Shown: piece by piece, positions 48,128 through 59,473 of the stretch
Numbering within the stretch: the first letter of the stretch is position 1
Layout: every line of letters starts with the position of its first letter
DNA from: Fistulifera solaris
Lineage: Eukaryota
DNA: 64,000 bases
Direction of reading: 5' to 3'
Assembly (NCBI GenBank): GCA_030295235.1
Contig: AP026124.1
Location: 1,984,001 to 2,048,000, forward strand
The notes under the pieces: generated by a model
What the model was told of the DNA's origin: nothing
What the model saw: only the letters and a program-made list of their open reading frames with translations
Database searches by the model: none
Position numbers and translations under genes: made by a program

Positions 48128-49668
48128 TCATGCAGCATGCCACGGTGTTTCACGCATGGTGATAGACACACGTCGGTCCGAAAGAAGATCACTGTTCTCG
48201 ATCCCATGAGAGAATTCATATCTCGATTTACCAGTCAACACCTGAAGACACCGACGTGGTAAGAGCACTTTCTTCTCGTCAACCTCAAGGTTTCGACCAC
48301 GTGCTTCGTTTCGATACGTCATGATGCAATCGCCGCACAGAGATAAGTTTGCAATGGGCTCTTTGTGTCGCTTTCTATCATCGACGTGTGCTTTCAAGTA
48401 ATCGCCTTTTTCTCTTCGGTAGTCGATTGCGTTTGCATCGTTGGGCACACAGCCGTGCATAGACTCAAGCCGCTTTAGTTTGGGCAAAGGATGCGCTCCA
48501 TAAAAGCTGGCATTTCCGTTTTAGGACACCTAAGAGCTCGACTCCAAAGATCGTAATCCATACCAAAGCGCTTTTCTCGATGGTGACCCGTGTGATGCTC
48601 CGTTTTCCATTTCAAGTTCTGCTCGAAATCAAGTTCTGCCATGATGGCTTCTTCCTCTTCGACGGAAATGAAATCATAGTAGATGTAGAGACCTGGGAGT
48701 GGCTGCACCGATGGTTCAATTCTCTTAGTAGCAGCATTTGCCGCAATATTCTTTTGGTTTTTATCATCATGCAACCACCATTTTGCTTTTGGATCGTCGT
48801 CTATATTGCACTGTGTTGAACTAGTTGGGTTTCTTTCCCTGTCCGTCAAAGGGGATTCGCGCATGGTGACAGACACACGTCGGTCTGATAGCAAGTCTTC
48901 GTGCGCGATAGCATGAGAGAAATCGTATCGTGCTTTACCCGTAAGAATCTGCAGCGTTCGACGTTTCAGCAAGACCCTTTGTACGGATGCAGCTATGTTG
49001 CGATTTGGAGCAACATTCCGAAAGGTCATGACACAATCGCCGGCGATCGATATATTGGCGATGGGCTCTTTCGATAATTGCCTATCATCTACGTGAGCGT
49101 CCAGCCAATGCCCTTTCTGTCTTCTGTAATCGATGGCATTTGCTTCGTTCGGTATGCATCCCATCATTTGCGGTAGATTTTTCAGTTTCGCAACCAGAAT
49201 GTGTTGCACAAAATGGGGTAGCGGATTCTCGGGGGCACTCACTTTTCTGTCTCGTAAATTGCAGTGTACGCCCCACCGTTTTCCATCATGTGTTCCGTTG
49301 AAACTACAAGCCTTCCACGGTAAAAATTCGTGTCGATGCGTATCACTTTCGCCGTCTAACTGAGCCATTATTTCTCGTTCCTCTTCCTCGGTTATGAACT
49401 CTTCAAATAGAAAGAGACCAGGAAGTGGTTCACTGTAATTCTTCAATTGAGTATAAGAATCATAACTCTGTCTCGACCTCTCTCTTTGAATTCCATCGCA
49501 GTTAGATGCGTGGATCTCTAGGCGATGCAAGGGAAATGAACTCTGACAGAGAGGACATCTACCGAAGTTACTCCCATCAACGCGTTTTCGTTTCTTGAGC
49601 AGCAACGACGACTTATTATTTTCTTGACATGACGGTATAAATGATGTTAATCGACTTTGTTTGGGCAT
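48128..49668 (-). CDS. Zinc finger (UBZ-like) plus two tandem AlkB-family (ALKBH4-like) dioxygenase domains
   Basis: CPLCQSSFPLHRLEIHASNC, then domain 1 (HVDD..FSHAI..RRVSVTMR) and domain 2 (HVDD..FSHGI..RRVSITMR). The two ORFs join through a frameshift near 48485. Confidence 0.85.
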
Positions 49669-50291
49669 GTGGGACTAGCAATGAAACGACGACTTTCTCT
49701 TGAATGAAGTTTGATAGCATTGAAAGATTTTGATTTTAAAACTCATGTTATGAAAAACAGCTTGAACAGCAATGCGGCGGCGATACAACGCGGTGATAGT
49801 GATGCGCGTCAATCGAACGGAATTACTAAGGGGGGGGAGGAAATGAGTGCCGCGTTGACTTCTTCTCTGGGTCTCGATGTGGATAAACATTATCTTCAAC
49901 GGATAATCACGTTCAATATTTAAAGGTTTTGCGACTATTTCTTACAAAAAAATATGTGTGTAATAGTACATTCAGCCATCGGCTTGAAGCCAAACATTCA
50001 CAAAGGCTTTTTCGATTTTATTCCGGAGTATTTGCGAAGCCACATGACAATTAACATGCGTCAAACACTCCTCCGAGTGAGTTGTTGATGTTAAACAGAT
50101 TTACATGTAAAGGCTCATTCGTCATTGTCTTCCCGGATCATTGCATGAATTGTTAAGTCCAGAGCCGCGATTTTTGAAGAAGACTAGTAAATTCACGCTT
50201 CTGTGTGCTCCACATCTCACGAAATTCATTCTTCCATGAAACTTTGTTCTCTCGAAATTCGTTAAACATCGAATAAGATTCCGACCTTGAA

Positions 50292-50888
50292 ATGTTTCAA
50301 AGCAACATAGAGACCGACAATGCTCGTTATTGCATCACCTGCGGGCAACTGGTTCGACCTGGAGCGATCACGTGCGTCGATTGCGAAAAAATTTTGGACA
50401 TCATCGCCGCCAGTCCGGTTCCTTCTTTTCCCAATATGAATAATCCTGCAGAACCATCGATCGACCTGTGTTGCATGTGCGCAAGCCCTACCCTGCTGGG
50501 TTCGCAGTTTTGTTCGGAATGTGAATGGTCTATGGCAATGGTACTGGAAGACCCCCAATACGCCTATGAGAATACTGCGGTGTCCCCTCCTCAAGCCAAC
50601 GCGCGCGTGGTCACACAAGACACGAGAATGGACAGCACAAAGACTGCCGACGTCGCTGAATCGGACAACGACGAGGAAATTGAAGTTGTCGCTCAATTGA
50701 CGGAAACCGAACTCATGATGCAAAGATACGAAGAAGCCAAACAGAGTGGAGATGTTGTGGAACTGTTAGATGATGACGATAATGGTGGTGCTGACACGTC
50801 GAAGCCGCTGAACAAGGTTACAATCGACACGTATGAAAGCGATGATGAGATTCATTTCATCAAAACGGTATCCAGAACAGTCATTTAG
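50292..50888 (+). CDS. Hypothetical protein with two CxxC..CxxC zinc-ribbon-like units and an acidic tail
   Basis: CITC..CVDC and CMC..CSEC. Acidic tail carries SIM-like motifs (EIEVV, DVVELLDDD). Confidence 0.6.
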   Translation: MFQSNIETDNARYCITCGQLVRPGAITCVDCEKILDIIAASPVPSFPNMNNPAEPSIDLCCMCASPTLLGSQFCSECEWSMAMVLEDPQYAYENTAVSPPQANARVVTQDTRMDSTKTADVAESDNDEEIEVVAQLTETELMMQRYEEAKQSGDVVELLDDDDNGGADTSKPLNKVTIDTYESDDEIHFIKTVSRTVI

Positions 50889-51663
50889 TTCGAAGTAAAA
50901 TTTCGAGGCAACAGGTAAACTGGTACATGATGGCAAACATCTCGATACGAGCATGTTTCGCTCAAGAAGATGGAAGTGATTTCGTCCATTCAACAATCCT
51001 ATCAGCCGTTCGATGAGCCCAGCTCTGCGTGGGCATCTCATTTCTGCTGCGACGTCTTGTTACGAATAGCGTGGGGCATCCTTCTGTTTCCAAGTGTGTT
51101 TGATGTTGCGAAGTTGAATCATTTCTTGATTGCTGCTTTTTACAAGCACGTAGAAGGGATAAAAAATTGGGGCGTTTAGACCTACGACATTTCCCGAGCC
51201 GGTCTGTACAATCTAGAGCTGAAACGAAACAACTGCACCTAATTTCAAGAAATGGGCGGAATGTTAATCCAAGAAAGCCATACTACTGAAGGCAAAAACC
51301 ACGGGAGCTTAATTTACTAAAGCTCTTGTGACTTATCGCACCCTAACGATATGCAACCTTGACTTCATTTATTCTTTTTTTCGAATTTAGTCAGATGGGT
51401 CTCGTTGAGTTGAACGAGTTCTTATTGTTGCCCCAAGCATCTCTAAAAAGGTGTCAAAATGTTAACCATAACCTTATAATGAAAGGTGCTACCCGCCCAT
51501 CACCGTCATTACGTAGTATTTTATTATTTCGTGAAATTAGGCTTGGTGGTACCAGGCATGATGGCCGAGTTCTCTTTTAATTCGTTCATAATTTATGGCT
51601 ATTTGATCGTTCCTCTCCCAAGTTCAATAGAATTCACGAAAAGACCGAATTGGTGGCTGCATC

Positions 51664-53071
51664 ATGGATGAATTGGCTGTGCTAGAAATGTCGGCAAAAG
51701 CAGGGGGAGACAGCGGCAGCCACGACGACTTCCGACGTGGAAGTCCCTGCGGATGGCGAATTGCGAATCTTGATGCAAAGTTTGGAAGATGACAACAAAA
51801 GTCAAGACGAAGATTGGGTACAGCTGGCTGAGTTACCAGAAAGTGCCTCCACATCATTCAGTCATGTGGACGATGAGGGCGAATCGTTGTACGGGCAGCC
51901 TTTGAGTGTCGAAGCAGCGGCCGAGAAAATGCCGCCGGGAGGAGGTGGATTAATTTACACGGCAACTCTCATTCCCGACGATTTCTTCAAAGATATAAAG
52001 CTGGCAAAAATGATTGGAAAAGGCATTTTGAATTCCGAACGCACGGCGATTAAACCACGGCGGCCATCTCTGGCCGTTCGGTCGAGTAACTTTTTTCAAT
52101 CCTTGACCAAAGTCGGTCCAAGGTATATCTTTTCGGGAATTTTGAATGGATGGCCTGGTTTGACTTGTTTGGAAGTGTTGGAATTGGAAAAGAAAGGCAA
52201 GATAGTGGGAGTATGGCACAAGTTATGGAATGCTAAGGAAGATGGCGCGAGAGGTATACCCTTAAAGAATCCAGAAGGAAAAACCATTCATAGGGTCGTA
52301 CTTCGATGTGCGCCATGGTCCAGTCAAGGATGGTCAAAGGATAGTCCTGGATTTGCCTTTTGGTATGAAGCGCAGAAACGAGAAAGCCCCAAAATGAGTT
52401 ATGGCACGAACATGCTCAGAACGGTGGAAGATTCGATCTGCACTCATATTCACATGGTTTCTCATCGTTACGCAGTTAAGCGAGAGAATCCAAGGGATCT
52501 ATTGACTTATCACTCGGTTTGTTTACTAGAATGGGATCATGGGAAGTATACTACCGTGGCAGAAACCGCATATCTGAACGGCATCGGAGGATTCAAGGGC
52601 AAGAGCAATTTTTATGCCGACAAAGACCAGCACAGGACGAAATTGTACGACACCATGCCAGCTGAAATGATACTTCCCTGGAGAACAAACTTGGCGGAGA
52701 TTCGATGCTATGACGTAGAAGCCAAGAACCTGGATGAATTTTGGGCGTACATGAAGAAATACGAAGGCAATCATCAACGGTTTATCGACCCAAGGGTTTC
52801 ATTCTCGCACCCCGCTCGGCTGACTTTTCGATCGAAGGCGCACATAGCTCAGTATCTTCTCAACTACATTACGCGCGATGCATCCTATGCAGACCTGAAG
52901 CGAAATTGCCAAACTTTTGCGGCTGACTTTTGCTCCTTTATTGCCGGAAAGAAAGATATCGTTCCATTTCATCCCGTGATTCGTTTCGACTACCAGCCCA
53001 GAGCGTATTTCTTCTTATATGACAGCCACATGTATATTAAAAAAGAAGATAAGAAGAAAGGCAAGAAATAG
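51664..53071 (+). CDS. Hypothetical protein with a putative permuted papain-like (PPPDE-type) His/Cys domain
   Basis: 444 aa ORF with YHSVCLLEW and Y..LKRNCQTFAADF. Probable start at ATG 51664 through a G-run frame break near 51705. Confidence 0.65.
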
Positions 53072-53108
53072 AATGTTGTTAATGACGACTTATTGCTAGA
53101 AAGCCATC

Positions 53109-54475
53109 TCAGTCATACATATCTTCGTCGTCGTTGCCTCCATCCCCATTATCGTCGCTGTCATTGTTTCCAGAATCATCGTGTCCTCCAAAAAATCCAC
53201 CGCCGTCTCCCATTGAGTCCATCAACAAGTTTGCCGCCAAAGCTTCGTTCTTATCGCACGCCAAGAAAGCTTGAGCCGCTTCCGATCGATCAAAGCCCAT
53301 TTCTGTGAGTCGATCAACAGCCGCCATTTCTTCTTCTGTTAATCGCAATACTTGCTGCCCGCCGTGTCCTTCTCCACCTCCCATGTGGGCCATAAATTGT
53401 TGCAACTGTTCAGGTGGCATCTGGCCCAACATTTGTGCCGTCATACGCAATTGATCTGAACTCAGTCCCATCATTTGTGCCATCTGATCGAGCTCGGCCG
53501 GGCTCATACTTTGAATCATCTGCGCCATCTGAGCTGGGTTTCCCATGCCTTCCATGGGCATACCCATACCACTGGCAGACTCAGAAGACGCTGTTGGAGC
53601 ACGACTTCCGGTTGGAGCAGAGGACGGAGCGGCGGTGACAGGTTCATTCATCATCTCTAAGAAGAGGGCCTGGTGTGAGTTAATTTCTTCTAATAATTCC
53701 GGCTGTTGCTGACCGATTTGCGCCAAAACTTGCTGCAGCATTTGGGGATTTGACTGCACTAGGCGACGCAGTTCGTTAAATTGCGGGTGATTCCGTAAGG
53801 CCTGTAACGGCTGTGTAGCTTGGGCGGGCGTTGCAGATGATGATTCCGTCGCATTCATCGCAGCTGAAACAGCGTCCGGAATACCGTTGGTAAGGAATTC
53901 TACGGCAACATCTGGATTTCCTTGCGCAGCTCGCAAACAATGTCTGACTTCTGCCTCAGGAAAACCCATAGCCGTCAAGTTATCTACTGCTTCCTGCGAA
54001 AACGTATCCGTCCGAGTCGGAGCGGCAGGTGTTGCAACGGAGGGGGGCGGCGGGGGCAGCCGGAGTTTGTGCCGTCGAAATAGTAGCCTGAACAGGAACT
54101 TCTGGTGCTTTCGCGGGTTCCTCTTCTTTGGGTGTTTCCGCAGGTGTTGCCGGTGTCGCGGCGGGCTTCTTTGCTTTTGTCACCATGACGACAAGAAAAT
54201 CATTGGGCTTTATTCCGCACGATGCGATCGTGTCCTCATCTTTTAGCACCTTTCCCGAATGAATTAGTTTTAGTGTCGATGCAACCAGCTCTGGTTTCTC
54301 TTTTTCCTATTATTTAATTTTTAAGCAAAATGTGAGTCACACAGATCCGACACGTCCGCCGCAATACGAGAACCCGACTACGTACAATCGCGGATTTCGC
54401 TTCTTGAACTGTATGAGTTTCCTCAACCTCTACGTCGAACTTTGCCCCTTTGAGCGTCTTTACAGTGAGCTTCAT
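53109..54475 (-). CDS. RAD23: UV excision repair / ubiquitin shuttle protein RAD23
   Basis: UBL (MKLTVKTLKG..LKLIHSGKVLKD..FLVVMVTK), UBA1 (MGFPEAEV..NPDVAVEFL), XPC-binding (LRNHPQFNELRRLVQSNP) and UBA2 (MGFDRSEAAQAFLACDKNEALAANLL). One intron at about 54308-54384; frame breaks near 54445 and 54045. Confidence 0.95.
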
Positions 54476-54938
54476 GTTAATAAACGTTCAGTCTTTGGTG
54501 GAAGTAAGAGTGTTTATCAAACTACCGCTACTAGAATAAGCATCAGCGGCTGCTAATTTATTTTATTCTTATCATCCGTCCGTCTCTCTCGCTTTCTGCG
54601 GTTCCTTTCGTTTCTCGTCGTGAACGAAAACCAAAGATCAGAAACCTTTTACTTGAAGTATACTTGGTAAAGTAGTCTTGACTTATGACTCGGCACTTAA
54701 GAGCTTATTCAACAAACAAGGTAACAATGATCAAGTGTACAAATGAGTACCACATCGGACCTATTACTTTGTTCCTGTACGTTTGCGCTCGCCCTCGTCC
54801 TGTTTTCGATCGCAAATAAATTAACCCGCGAAAAAACACAACTACTTGTAATAGCTTTACAAAACCAGCTGTTGTAACGTGATCTGAATGACAATATGAT
54901 TCTAAGCTCAACGCATTATTCGTGAAGAACATAACTGA

Positions 54939-55232
54939 ATGAGTCAAGAAGGAGCACTACAAGCTGAGAAAGTGAAAATACATTTCGTGGCCGTCGGTAA
55001 TGCCCCCATCATGAAGAAAAACAAATTTCAAATTGCTGTTGATCAACATTTTTCTTCTGTAATTTCATTTCTCCGGAAAATACTCCAACTTGAACCTAGC
55101 ACATCCCTGTTTCTGTATTGTTGTTCCGCTTTTGTTCCAGGCCCTGAAGAACTGGTCTCGGATTTACGAGATTGTTTCAGTGTTCAGGGCGAACTTGTCA
55201 TTCACTACAGTCTTCAAGAAGCGTGGGGGTGA
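54939..55232 (+). CDS. ATG12: Ubiquitin-like autophagy protein ATG12
   Basis: KVKIHFVAVGNAPIMKKNKF..FLRK.L..LFLY...FVP.PEE.V.DL..CF..ELVIHYSLQEAWG, with the C-terminal Gly. Confidence 0.95.
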   Translation: MSQEGALQAEKVKIHFVAVGNAPIMKKNKFQIAVDQHFSSVISFLRKILQLEPSTSLFLYCCSAFVPGPEELVSDLRDCFSVQGELVIHYSLQEAWG

Positions 55233-55310
55233 CGGAACGTTTGAGAAACAAGCTTTGAATGTATCAATAGAAACGTTTATTCATCTTATTGAATTAGAAT
55301 TCTCTGTCTA

Positions 55311-56246
55311 CTAATTTCGTAATCGTCTGCGAGACCTGTCACGACTTTGCGACGAGGAGGATTCCGAGGATGATCGGTATCGATGACGGGATCGTCGCCG
55401 ATCATCACTGGATACACTGCGGCTACGTGATCGACTTCCTCTCGTTGGAGCATTGTGTCGCTGATAGCGGTCTGGTGACGGTTGGCGAGAATAACGACGT
55501 TCCCGACCGAACGAATCTCGATGGGAGGCACCACGATCGTGGAAGTCGCGAAGAGCCGATCGATCATAAACCTCTCCATAGCGGTACGAATCTGGTGGAT
55601 AGGATTCCAATTGACGAGGAGGGTTACGGTCTCTGTGATTGTAGTGTTCGCCCTCGTCCCATGGACGTCGATTGCCTCGGTTATCGTGCGATGGAGGACT
55701 GACTGGTCGCGAAGCCCTTCCACGTTGACGATCTCTTTCCGGAAAATCTCTTCTAGCCACTGCATTCTGCCTAGGTTGTGGTCTATGTTGATGACGCTGC
55801 TGCTGCGGAGGCGGGGCGTTTTGACTCTGTTGCTGTTGTTGCAGAGCCAGCTCCTTTTTCTTTTCTTCTAAAAGCTGGGTGGGTATCCCCAAGGGTGATT
55901 TCTGTGCATCTACCATCATATCCCAGAGTTCTTTTGCAAATTTTGCGGCTTCGTCGTCGCCTAGAAAACCAGCCATGTCGATTTGTGCTTTTCGGGGGTC
56001 CACCTCGATGATCGCTTCATCGGAAGACGAGGGCAGAAACATGTTGACAGCTGTACTCTGCACAATCTCGTCCTCAAATCCAAGAATTCCCGTGATTTTG
56101 TTTTCAACCCATTGAGCCAACACAGGTTTATTGATTTTGGAAAGATCCACCGCGGTCGAGAAAGACTCGGGAAACTTTGTCGAACGCAGAGCTTTCGTGA
56201 GTGCTCTTGAGTCGGCAACGGAGGCTGTTCCTTTGATGAGTGGCAT
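55311..56246 (-). CDS. SRRM1: PWI-domain SR-related splicing protein (SRRM1/SRm160-like)
   Basis: KFP..F...VDLSKIN..WVENKITGILGFEDEIV..FAKELWDMMVDAQKSPLGIPTQLLEEKKKE, followed by an RS-rich tail. Confidence 0.88.
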   Translation of the reverse strand: MPLIKGTASVADSRALTKALRSTKFPESFSTAVDLSKINKPVLAQWVENKITGILGFEDEIVQSTAVNMFLPSSSDEAIIEVDPRKAQIDMAGFLGDDEAAKFAKELWDMMVDAQKSPLGIPTQLLEEKKKELALQQQQQSQNAPPPQQQRHQHRPQPRQNAVARRDFPERDRQRGRASRPVSPPSHDNRGNRRPWDEGEHYNHRDRNPPRQLESYPPDSYRYGEVYDRSALRDFHDRGASHRDSFGRERRYSRQPSPDRYQRHNAPTRGSRSRSRSVSSDDRRRSRHRYRSSSESSSSQSRDRSRRRLRN

Positions 56247-57772
56247 TGGGTTTGGGATTTTGTTGATAGCGTTGTTACCGCCAAAATATGAAATTGTGTT
56301 TTTAGCTTGTCCGGCAACGCTGCTTGCTTTCTTCTTTTATATACTATGTAGGCCTATAACTTGATGGAAATAACACAGGACGCAAAATGCCCCAACCCAT
56401 GATGCCCCCATCGCATTATTTTCGCATGTGTGTCCGCTGTCTGTAAATTGCTCGATTTCACTAGAGTTCAGGGGGGATTTAAGTGACCATAATTATTTAT
56501 GAGGAGTGGAAAATGGTTCGAATTTATCATTAAAAAACACCTAAAAATACAAGTTCTTGTAATTGTTTACCTAAAAATCTACGTCGAGTCTTTCTTTATG
56601 ATGCATTTCGGAATGGACCGAATGGCGAGCTACTGCTCTAGAGATCAGTTTTGAAGACACTCCAGCTCGACGATGGCCCGCGCTTCATCTAGTATAGTGT
56701 AGGCTCCTCTGGACCATGACCCTCGTAACAAGTATCCCATGAGCAGTTTCTTTTCGAAGAGGAATCAAACGTTGTAGTTAAAGCAAATCTGGTTCACTCT
56801 GAATCTAGAAATCTTGCGACCGTAGACGTTTGTGAGACCCGATCACGTCAAGTAGGTTATCCCAACACGACTGCAAGACAGTGCGACAACCTAGCTAGAG
56901 TCTTCAAACTGTTCGAAAGAAGGTGGGTAGGGTGAGTTGTGGATGATTCCATGTTCCTGAAGGTGACTGCTAGCTTGCAGAAGGAGAGTATGAAATGGGG
57001 AAGGGACCCAAACCCAAGACGATTGTAAAGTATTCCACCTCGTTAAAAGCTGGATGAGGCCAGCCGTTGTATTGAAGATACCGTGCAACGGAAGACATCG
57101 GAAGATGCGCCGAGTTCTTGAAACCAGACTGCTCGTTCATCACCTGCAAAACGTAGCGAAACGGCGGTTATACTCCCTGGACCCGTTCAGTGTACTAAAG
57201 TCGCTTGTTCGCCAGATAGCGTTTTAATGAACGCACGACCATCGACCTTCGTGTTCGAACATGCATTTGATACCGACATCCAACGGTTCTGGATGAGATG
57301 CCAACGCTACTCCGTGTTCATCTGAGGCATGACATCGGCTCTTTCGGGAAAACTGCATCTTTGAACTCCACTGGGTCGCGCGAAAAGTTCTTAAAACTGG
57401 AAGAAATGTTGCTTGTTGGTCGGCTTCATCGTGAGAATTCTTGTTCAAAAGTAGGATGAAAGCTTTCGTGTTGAGCTCGGCAATCTTCACAAGAGAGGTG
57501 CAAGAAAAGTTTGTACTCCGTAGTTTTGTTTCTGGGATCCGGTACCCATTTCTAGAAGTAAATAGGAGCTGCGACATTTAATATAATCTGAGCTTCGGTA
57601 CCGGTACGGTACTGAACCTTGGACCTGGTTTTGTACCAGGTATGCTGTTGGACAACAGAAGACATGAGGAGTAAAACAACAAGAGGGTGTATCATTCCTT
57701 TCTTTCATTGTCTATCCTGGGAGGAAGAAGCAAATCAACAACGAGCAGCCATTTGGCGCTCGCTGACTTGGG

Positions 57773-59120
57773 ATGAGTGCACGAAAATCATGTCGCAAGT
57801 TCAGCTTCGCTTTCCTCTTGTTCCGATACGTCCATCACGTGTCGTCGCTGGTGACTAGCAAGGGCGATGGCACCACTTTGCTCGCAAAAACGAAAGAAAC
57901 CTTTAAGTTGGCCGACTTACAATATCTGGAGGCTAAGATTCAGTCGAAAGGTCAATACGAATGTACACGACTGCTGGTGGATGCGGCTACAGGATCTTCG
58001 TTGTTTCTTTTGAATCGTTTTGCTGATGATTTTGAAGCTTACATTCTCGGTGAGGATCATGGTACAAACCGATATGATTTGCCAACTTCTCTTCGATCTT
58101 GTGAATGGGTTGGTGAAGTGTTATGTAACAGTGCTTCTGCTGAAGAACTAATACATGATCTATCGATTGAACCGACAACTTGCACGCTAAAAGCTTGGAC
58201 ACTGGACTATCTTCGGATGACGTCGGGGTCAACGACTAGTTCCCAGAGTGGAAAGACGAAAGCGTACACGAAAAAGACACTATGCTGCTGTGTTGCGCAA
58301 AAGCTTGCAGGTGAGGCTGCTTTGAATCCGAATCAGGCCGTGGATAAGCTTGTGATTGTAGAAACGTGCGAATCGATGTTCCTGGTGAAGCTCTTGCACT
58401 TTCCCTTGGACCGAGTATCGACCAGTCCTATTTATCTGACACAAAAGAAATGGGCTCAACGTCCATTTCCCTACAGTTCGGCGACGAACTTTCCAGCGGC
58501 CGAAATGGTTATCAACATGTTGGCGCATCGCGTCTCGTCGCGTGCAATCAACAAGCCATCTAAGCCAAACCTCTTGGATGCTACCTGCGGGAGTGGAACT
58601 TTTCTTGCCCTTGCCATGACTTGGGGCATGCAAGTCACGGGCTGGGATTCCAATCCAAGGTGTGTCGAAGGTAGTCAACGTAATCTGCAATACGCATTTG
58701 GAAGCACGGATGATTTCACTGTTCTACATCGTAACTGTCTTGACATACCACTGAACTTGACACAAACGGATATTGAGACGTTTGATGCTGTTGCTAGTAA
58801 CTTACCTTGGGGCCTGAATAGCAATATGTTTTCGGACGAAAGGGAAGGCGATAAGTGTACATCAAGTCTGTTGTTGGCCATTCGAAATGTTTTGAAACCA
58901 GGAATACCTTGCGTATTCCTTTACAAGAGACGAAGATGAAAGTGGGTGTAACAGTGTTTACTGGGAGCAAATTGGATATAAAGTCATTGGTCATGCCAGC
59001 ATACCACAAAAAAATTTCGTGTTGCCCAAAGGAGGAAAGAAAGAGAGAAAGAAACTATCCGAAGAAAGAGCACTCACGGGTCGTAGTGACTGCATTGTAA
59101 GTTTAGTAGAAACAATATAA
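57773..59120 (+). CDS. SAM-dependent methyltransferase (Trm11/RlmL-type amino-methyltransferase motifs), N-terminal targeting peptide
   Basis: Motif I LLDATCGSGTF and motif IV ASNLPWG. A plausible C-terminus (..WEQIGYKVIGHASIPQKNF..GRSDCIVSLVETI*) is reached through a frame break near 58926. Confidence 0.75.
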
Positions 59121-59473
59121 CTTGAGAATATATTTGACAATTATCTAACACTCGTTGTGAGGGTCGTTTCCTTTTTGAAGGCTCTAGCCGTGCGAAAATG
59201 ACTCAACCGTTATCCAGTCCCGGATACAGTGAACCCCAATTTATCGATACTACGTATCACGTAAAGTACGTACTTTGTAGTAACGACAGCGAACACCACT
59301 ATTTCCGCCTCGTCCTTTTTTCGCGACGCTGAGAAACAAAAGTTAACCATGACCATGACCATGACGAACCAAGGTCATGACCGCGACCCACTGTTGGGGC
59401 TGCTCTTTATTCGAACAAAGGCGGGAGATAGCCGGTGTGCGACTTGACGCGACACGGCAATCAACAAACAATC

